DNA of 64,000 nucleotides from Pseudomonadota bacterium (GTDB lineage Bacteria; Myxococcota; JACRCW01; JAFGSX01): NCBI GenBank assembly GCA_043821645.1, contig JBDRCO010000094.1, positions 1 to 64,000 of the forward strand, read 5' to 3'. Shown piece by piece: positions 58,118 to 64,000 of this stretch (position 1 is its first letter; each line of letters starts with the position of its first letter). The notes under the pieces were generated by a model. It saw only the letters and a program-made list of their open reading frames with translations, ran no database searches and was not told where the DNA came from. The position numbers and the translations under genes were made by a program.

Positions 58118-58660
58118 TCACTCCGCCCACTGCACTCTCCAGCCGAAGCGACGGTCTCCCTCGCGCCAGCCCTCGGCCTGGGCGCTGCGCGCACCGCACA
58201 GCAGGGCGACGCCCTCGACGTAACCCGCCGTCTCCTCGAGAGTGGCGTCGGGAAAGTCCAGGTAGTCCTGCACCACCAGCCGCAGTCGTGGCTGGTCGGG
58301 CTCGCGCTCGACTGTCATGCGTCCGGCATCGTTGTAGGTGCCCCAGATGCGGGCGCTCTGACCGATGGCGAAGGGGATGCTGATCACGCGCAGGATGAGC
58401 CTGTACATGCCGCGCATGTTGTCTTCGGCTATCGCACGGCCCAGGCGTCGCAGGGAGCGGACATCCCCAGGGAACAGCACCGCGGCACCCGCTGCGAAGA
58501 TGCGCGCCACGACCTCGATGTCGACCCAGCTCACGGCCAGGGTGGCGTGGTAGGTGTCCACGTCGGCAGCTGAAAGCCGCGCCAGCAGCGCGTCCTCGAC
58601 GCCAGCGGCCTGCACCAGCTTGCGCACCGTGACAACGTTGCTGCCCTTGCTTCTTGGCAT
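58118..58660 (-). CDS. Myxococcales DUF2378/V4R-like protein
   Basis: GAGGAG RBS; 'SKG....','A.SW','LG...AE','W..Y.D.G','GY..G.....G'. Confidence 0.65.
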   Translation of the reverse strand: MPRSKGSNVVTVRKLVQAAGVEDALLARLSAADVDTYHATLAVSWVDIEVVARIFAAGAAVLFPGDVRSLRRLGRAIAEDNMRGMYRLILRVISIPFAIGQSARIWGTYNDAGRMTVEREPDQPRLRLVVQDYLDFPDATLEETAGYVEGVALLCGARSAQAEGWREGDRRFGWRVQWAE

Positions 58661-58663
58661 GTG

Positions 58664-61600
58664 TCACTCCTCGCCGGAGGGCACTGTGCCAGCCCTGCGA
58701 CGGCGTCGCCAGACAAGCAGCGAGAGGCCCAGCCCGAGAACAGCGAGCGGGACACTCCGGCCAGTGCTGGCGCAGCCACAGCCTTCCGCGGCAGTGGGCG
58801 ACTTTCCGCTGGCATCTCCTTGCCCGGTCGCGGTGCCTGAGCCGTCTGCTCCGATCGCCGCCCCCGTGTCTACCCCGGTTTCGCCGGACCCTGTGTCGAC
58901 GCGTCCTCCGTCGTCGAGGACGACGTCCGCGGCGCCCGCATCGAGCGCCGCATCCGTGGCCAGCGTGCCATCCAGGGCCGGGGCGTCCAGACCGAACGCG
59001 TCCGTGAATGTCGAAGCACCGTCCGCCACAACGGTGTCGACAGCGCCAGCGTCGAGCAGTGGCACATCGGCGACCGCTCCGTCCGGACTCTGGCCACCGG
59101 CGTCCACACCCGCATCCGGTACCGGAGCCGCCGTGGTGAACTGCACGAGCGCCCAGGGGCTCGTGCCGTACAGGTCCGCAGCGCGCACGCGCGCGTGGTA
59201 ATTCTGGCCCGTCACCAGCTCCGGGACGGCGTGCTGGACCGTGGCGCTGCCGCCCATTGGAATCTGGTCCACGTCGTGAATCAGGCCCACGAACTGATCG
59301 TCGGTGGCCACCTGCACCTGGTAGCTGAGCAGGTCACCGTCGAGGTCCAGGGATTGCTCCCACTCGAGGTTCAGGGGCAAGGACAGGTCCTGCGCCTGGT
59401 CCTGCGGCGACTGGATCACCGGCGCCTCGGGCGGGTGATTGTCGAGCGCCAGGTCGACCACGAAGCTCTCGTCGCCGCTCCAGGGGCCCCACACGTATCC
59501 GTCCCAGGCTCGGCAGCGCCAGAAGTAGGCGCCCGGTGCCAGTGGCCCCACGACCATGCTGGTGAGTGGGCTGCTCAGGTTCGCCACCCCTCCGACGCCG
59601 TCGTCGACCTCGCAGGCATAGGTGAGTGCGTCTCCGTCGTCGTCCGATGCGGCGCTGAAGCTCAGGCCCGGTCGGGCACCCGTATGAGCGCCTGCCACAG
59701 GCACCAGCAGGGTCGGCGCTGTGGGCGAGTGGTTGAGCACCACATCAAGGGGCAGCCGCAGCTCGAAGGGCGCTTCGATCGATGGACTCACCGTCGCCAC
59801 CAGCTCGTACAGGCCCGGTGCGTCGACGGTCAACTGCAGCGGGATCGCAGCCTGGCCACCCGCGGCCAGCGACAGGGCCGCGCTCTGAGGCGTGACATGC
59901 AGTGACGTGTCGGAGCTGGCGAGGGCCACTTGCACGCCTGTTCCCGCGGAAAAATCCAAGTTGTCCAGCACCAGCATGGCCGTGAAGGTCTCGCTGTGCC
60001 GTCCCGCCAGGGTCGCCGGTGAAAAGTGCCCGTACACGCCGCTCACTGCCACCGTGACCAAGCCTGTATCCGAGAACACCAGGGTCGGGTCGTCCGGCGG
60101 CCAACCCAGCACGGTCACCGGCCACGGGCCCTGTGTGAGGCCTGACAGACCCTCCACGTGGAGAGGAACGTCCACCCGGGTCACGCTGGTCAGGTCCACA
60201 TGGGTGCGTGCCAGCGAGGCGCTGAAGGCCAGCGGTCCAGTGACCGCGAGGTCCATCATGCCTGGTGGGTCAAACACCACGCGGTCGACGCGCACCGTGA
60301 ACTGCGCCTCGCCGGTACTGCTGACGACGCTGCGCGGGTCCAGGATGCGCAGCTTGGCGCCTGGCGTCTCGAGGATGACGTGGGCATCAAAGCTGTCAGT
60401 GATCAGGTTATTGTCGACGTCGGTCACCTTGAGCGTGTGGATGTAGTCGCCCACCAGGATGCCATTGGGGCTCATGCGTATGGGTACGCGCTTCTCGGCG
60501 CCGGGTCCCAGCACGTGGGGACCCGCGTTAAAAACGGGTCCCCAGTACGCCGGTCCACAGCAGCGAGACAGTGTGACCGTTCGCGTGGTCATGCCCGTGT
60601 TGCGAATCACGGCCGTCAGGGTGAAGGGCACGGTGCGGCCCGAGCGCACCACAGGCGGATCGGCCACCACCTCGACGCTGTCATCGTCGATGATGGTGAC
60701 AATGACCGCCGCTACAAGGTCGTATCGATACGGGGCAACCAGCTCTGAGATTTCGACACCGACGGGGTAGCGTCCGGCTGGCCCTCGCAAGGTGAAGGTG
60801 TAGCTGACCAGGCGATTGCCGTCGGTCATGTAGAAGTCCACCAGGCCCAGGCGCTCTTGGTGGGTACTGGTGATGTCTGCCAGGCCCTGGGTGCGCGTGT
60901 AGAAGGCGCGCCGAGTGTCGCCCGCCTGACGGGTGTACAGGACACTGAAGCTGACCTGTTCGCCATTGCGGCCCCGGATCTCGACAGGGTCGGGTGTGGC
61001 GACGATGCGGTAGCCGTGCACCCGAGCCGTGCCGACCACCGCGTCATTGCCAGCGAGGACGCTGCTGGCGACTATCTGGTAGCGCTGCAGTCCGTCGGGT
61101 GTGAAGTCCGAGGAGAACAGCACCAGGTCCACCGTGATGCTGCCCTGAGCCGGGACGGTCACCTGGGTGGGAATCTCCGCTCGGATCGAGGGATCGAGAC
61201 CCACGACAGCGAGGTCCACAGTGTCGGGCTGGTCACGGTGATTCCTCAGCGTGACCTTGACCGTGTGCCCGGCGCCGCGCTCGAGATCGACCAGGTCCGG
61301 GCTCAGGCTGACCAGGTGATCCACGACGGCGATGAGGGAATCCAAGGCCAGGGTCGTGCGGTCGACACCCTGCTGCAACTCGAGCGTCGATCCCGACGAC
61401 AGGGGCACGACGCTGCCAGGTTGCAGTCCGGTGAGCTGCTGCGCGTACTCGAAATGCTGCGCGGTGGCTGTGGCCTCGAAGGGCAGGAGCCAGGTGAGTG
61501 TGCCACTGCTGTAGGTGGGCCAGGGACCGACCACGGGCAAGGCCGAGGTCGTATCCACACCGCCTCCGAGGGTACCGTGGGTCAGGGTCAGGTCCAGTGA

Positions 61601-64000
61601 GGGCGGCGCGATGGACGGCACCATGGTCACCCGGATGACATGGTCCTCCTCGAAGTGCGTGGTCCACAGGTTGCCATCCGCGTCCGCCACCAGGTTGATG
61701 GGAGCCAGGAAGCCTCCCATCAACCACGTCCCCTCGCCCACCAGCTCGGTGCGGCCACTGCTGATGTCGGTGGGCCAGACCCGGATGTCGCCGGTCTCAG
61801 CATCGAGGGTGTACAGGTTTCCGGTCTCGTCGAACATCACACCGGCCACGTGGACATCGCTCAGCAGGGTCACGTTGGTCGGCGTGCCCATCGTGTTGAG
61901 TGACACCAGGCTGCGATGCCCCGTGTCGCACACGACCAGGTCCTGGGTACGGCGATCGATGGTGATGCAGGTCGGGTACTCGAACCCGGCCATGAAGACC
62001 TCGGCCAGGTCCGAGCGGCCGTCGAGGTCGCCATCGGGTTGCAGGGCGTACACCCACTTGCCCGGGTAGATGATGCCGAAGATGAAGGGGTCGTAGTACT
62101 CGGTGGCGTACAGCACGCCCGCGTCGTCGAACACCATCGAGATCGGGTTCTCGCCGACGATGGTGTCCACGGTGTTGCGAAAGTCGTAGTAGACCGAGAC
62201 CGACTCATCGGACAGGTCGACACGGGAGACCAGCTCGGGGTTTCCGGCGTTGACCGCGTACAGCGCTCCATCGGGCCCCACGGTCAGACCCGTGGGGGAC
62301 GACCCGACCTCGGCCAGCTGGGTCACCGCGAGCAGGGGCGAGATGCGATGCACGGTGAAGCCAGGCACGAAGCCCGCGCTCGTACTGCTGCGCTGGGTGC
62401 CGAAGGACGAGAAGTAGACGTTACCCGCCGCGTCCGCGGCCAGGCCATTGGGGCCCTCGGCATCGGCGGCGATGAGGCGAATCTCGACCGGGTTTCCCAC
62501 CCCGGGCAGCACGTTGAGCGGACGCCTCTCGACGTCGATGGCGGCGGTGATCACGGGATCGCCAGGTGGAAGCAAGGACGGGTTCACACGGGTCACCGCG
62601 CGTAGCGGCTGCCCGAGGCTGAGGGAGCGCGAGGCCTGCCCACCGGGAACCGGGCCCTGCCCGTCGGTACGCTCGAGGGCGATGGCCAGGGTAAACACGC
62701 CATCGGCCTCGTCAAAGGTCTGGACCCTGTCCAGCTCGAAGCGGTGCAGGGCCTGGGACACCGGCAGATGGATGGGTGTGGGCGAGACGCTCTGGTACAC
62801 GGTGCTGCCGTCGGGGCGGCTGAGGGTGAGGAAGGCCAGCATGTCCTGGGGCGCGTTGAGGGGGTTGAACAGGTCGGCAAACATACGCAATCGGGCCCCC
62901 GGAATGGCGAAGGCCGGAAGGCTTCCCAGTCCCACGACCTGCACCCACTCGCCGTTGGCGACGACGGTGGAGGTGGCGCGGCGGGACAGCTCGGGTGCTC
63001 CGTCGACGGTCGCGGTGACCGTGAAGCTGAAGGTGCCCGGTCCAGGCACATGCACGGTCAACGGCAGCGCATCGATGAGCGGGTCCGGTGTGACGGGCGA
63101 CGCCACGTTGGCAGCGATGCCGTCGACGCTCAGATGCAGTGTCGTGGGTGCGGACCCCAGGCGCTCCAGACGAAGGGCAAAGGCCACATCGCCGCCGGGT
63201 ATGGCCAGAGCGCCATCTGGATCGATGGCGATGCGGAAGTCGTGGGCACCGAGCGTGTTCAGGATGGCCGCGATGCGCCCAAACTGCAGTTCGACGGCGG
63301 CGAGATCGAGGTCAGCGCAGGTGTAGCCCGATACCAGCATGGCGTTGGCCAGGGCGCGTAGCTGCACGCGCACGTCGTCGAAGACGGGATCCCACAGCGC
63401 GCTGGCCAGGGTCCGCAGATCCTGGCTCAGGGCGTACACGTCCTTGGGCTGACAGCGCAGGTAGAGTCTGTGGTAAGGGTCGGCCGTCCCCTCGAGCACC
63501 GTCGCAACGCGCGTCTCACCCAGGCTGCGGGCGAGGTCGATGAGCTCGAGCAACCTGTCTGTCTCGGCGCCCACCGCTTCGAGCTGCACTCGGCTGTAGC
63601 CCAGAACGACCTCACCGTCGCGCGCCTCGATCACGACACCGTGCACAAGTCCCGGGCCCGCGTCGGGAGTGAGCGAGGTCTGCAGCGGGATGCGGCGCAC
63701 TTCACCCGGCGCCAGCGACAGCACCCGGGGTAGGCCAAGCAGCGGCATGTGCCGCGCCGTCGACGATGCCAGATGGACATCGCGGATGGCATTTCCTTTG
63801 GCCGTGATGGTCAGCGTGGCGTCCAGGGTCTCGCCCGAAACGCGCAACGCTCTGTCGGGATCCATGGTGAGGGTCACACCTAGCACCGCCGGGAAGGGAA
63901 TGGACGCGCTGCCCTGCGCCTGTGCCGCGCCGGTGCTGGCATCGAGGGTCAGCGTCAGGTCCGCGCCAGGTGTCGGCAATGGCAACTGGGGTCGGGCGGC
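58664..64000 (-). CDS. Very large surface protein (>1770 aa, 5' truncated): NHL/SMP-30-like propeller, Ig/Fn3-like domains, MYXO-CTERM anchor
   Basis: Frame open to window edge; 'GPNGLAAD..GN.Y','P.GL.VGPDG.LY'; 'N.PP.AP','D.DGD.L.Y'; C-terminal 'GCGCASTG...LAVLGLGLSLLVWRRRRR'. Confidence 0.85.
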   Translation of the reverse strand, partial: AARPQLPLPTPGADLTLTLDASTGAAQAQGSASIPFPAVLGVTLTMDPDRALRVSGETLDATLTITAKGNAIRDVHLASSTARHMPLLGLPRVLSLAPGEVRRIPLQTSLTPDAGPGLVHGVVIEARDGEVVLGYSRVQLEAVGAETDRLLELIDLARSLGETRVATVLEGTADPYHRLYLRCQPKDVYALSQDLRTLASALWDPVFDDVRVQLRALANAMLVSGYTCADLDLAAVELQFGRIAAILNTLGAHDFRIAIDPDGALAIPGGDVAFALRLERLGSAPTTLHLSVDGIAANVASPVTPDPLIDALPLTVHVPGPGTFSFTVTATVDGAPELSRRATSTVVANGEWVQVVGLGSLPAFAIPGARLRMFADLFNPLNAPQDMLAFLTLSRPDGSTVYQSVSPTPIHLPVSQALHRFELDRVQTFDEADGVFTLAIALERTDGQGPVPGGQASRSLSLGQPLRAVTRVNPSLLPPGDPVITAAIDVERRPLNVLPGVGNPVEIRLIAADAEGPNGLAADAAGNVYFSSFGTQRSSTSAGFVPGFTVHRISPLLAVTQLAEVGSSPTGLTVGPDGALYAVNAGNPELVSRVDLSDESVSVYYDFRNTVDTIVGENPISMVFDDAGVLYATEYYDPFIFGIIYPGKWVYALQPDGDLDGRSDLAEVFMAGFEYPTCITIDRRTQDLVVCDTGHRSLVSLNTMGTPTNVTLLSDVHVAGVMFDETGNLYTLDAETGDIRVWPTDISSGRTELVGEGTWLMGGFLAPINLVADADGNLWTTHFEEDHVIRVTMVPSIAPPSLDLTLTHGTLGGGVDTTSALPVVGPWPTYSSGTLTWLLPFEATATAQHFEYAQQLTGLQPGSVVPLSSGSTLELQQGVDRTTLALDSLIAVVDHLVSLSPDLVDLERGAGHTVKVTLRNHRDQPDTVDLAVVGLDPSIRAEIPTQVTVPAQGSITVDLVLFSSDFTPDGLQRYQIVASSVLAGNDAVVGTARVHGYRIVATPDPVEIRGRNGEQVSFSVLYTRQAGDTRRAFYTRTQGLADITSTHQERLGLVDFYMTDGNRLVSYTFTLRGPAGRYPVGVEISELVAPYRYDLVAAVIVTIIDDDSVEVVADPPVVRSGRTVPFTLTAVIRNTGMTTRTVTLSRCCGPAYWGPVFNAGPHVLGPGAEKRVPIRMSPNGILVGDYIHTLKVTDVDNNLITDSFDAHVILETPGAKLRILDPRSVVSSTGEAQFTVRVDRVVFDPPGMMDLAVTGPLAFSASLARTHVDLTSVTRVDVPLHVEGLSGLTQGPWPVTVLGWPPDDPTLVFSDTGLVTVAVSGVYGHFSPATLAGRHSETFTAMLVLDNLDFSAGTGVQVALASSDTSLHVTPQSAALSLAAGGQAAIPLQLTVDAPGLYELVATVSPSIEAPFELRLPLDVVLNHSPTAPTLLVPVAGAHTGARPGLSFSAASDDDGDALTYACEVDDGVGGVANLSSPLTSMVVGPLAPGAYFWRCRAWDGYVWGPWSGDESFVVDLALDNHPPEAPVIQSPQDQAQDLSLPLNLEWEQSLDLDGDLLSYQVQVATDDQFVGLIHDVDQIPMGGSATVQHAVPELVTGQNYHARVRAADLYGTSPWALVQFTTAAPVPDAGVDAGGQSPDGAVADVPLLDAGAVDTVVADGASTFTDAFGLDAPALDGTLATDAALDAGAADVVLDDGGRVDTGSGETGVDTGAAIGADGSGTATGQGDASGKSPTAAEGCGCASTGRSVPLAVLGLGLSLLVWRRRRRAGTVPSGEE

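Overview
GC-rich bacterial chromosomal segment, almost certainly Myxococcota/myxobacteria-like. Evidence for that: a CdbA-type RHH protein, a MYXO-CTERM surface protein, DUF2378-like and ZnR-GYF proteins, and many lipoproteins with Asp/Ala-rich linkers. About 54 credible CDSs. The housekeeping backbone is mlaEEFD-like ABC, cdbA-epimerase-lepA-lepB, argS-SPOR, pspA, an RluA-family pseudouridine synthase, sucCD, pstS-DUF47-PiT-CHAD, tandem pilT and nuoJKLMN, interspersed with secreted or lipoprotein accessory genes. I see no rRNA, tRNA, CRISPR array, IS or prophage. Best leads: (1) an orphan, signal-peptide-less protein with a type III secretion needle/filament-like C-terminus behind a sigma-28-like promoter, sharing an upstream motif with a second signal-less EF-hand/Cys-His hydrolase 20 kb away (possible dispersed T3SS regulon); (2) an intact-frame tyrosine-recombinase homologue that has lost its catalytic residues and is translationally coupled to a secreted DUF4412 gene; (3) a PilT fused to an MshEN-like c-di-GMP module; (4) a ~170-nt structured region before nuoJ and a 9-mer shared with the sucCD upstream region; (5) three apparently leaderless genes. 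All family assignments come from motif recognition by eye, not database searches.
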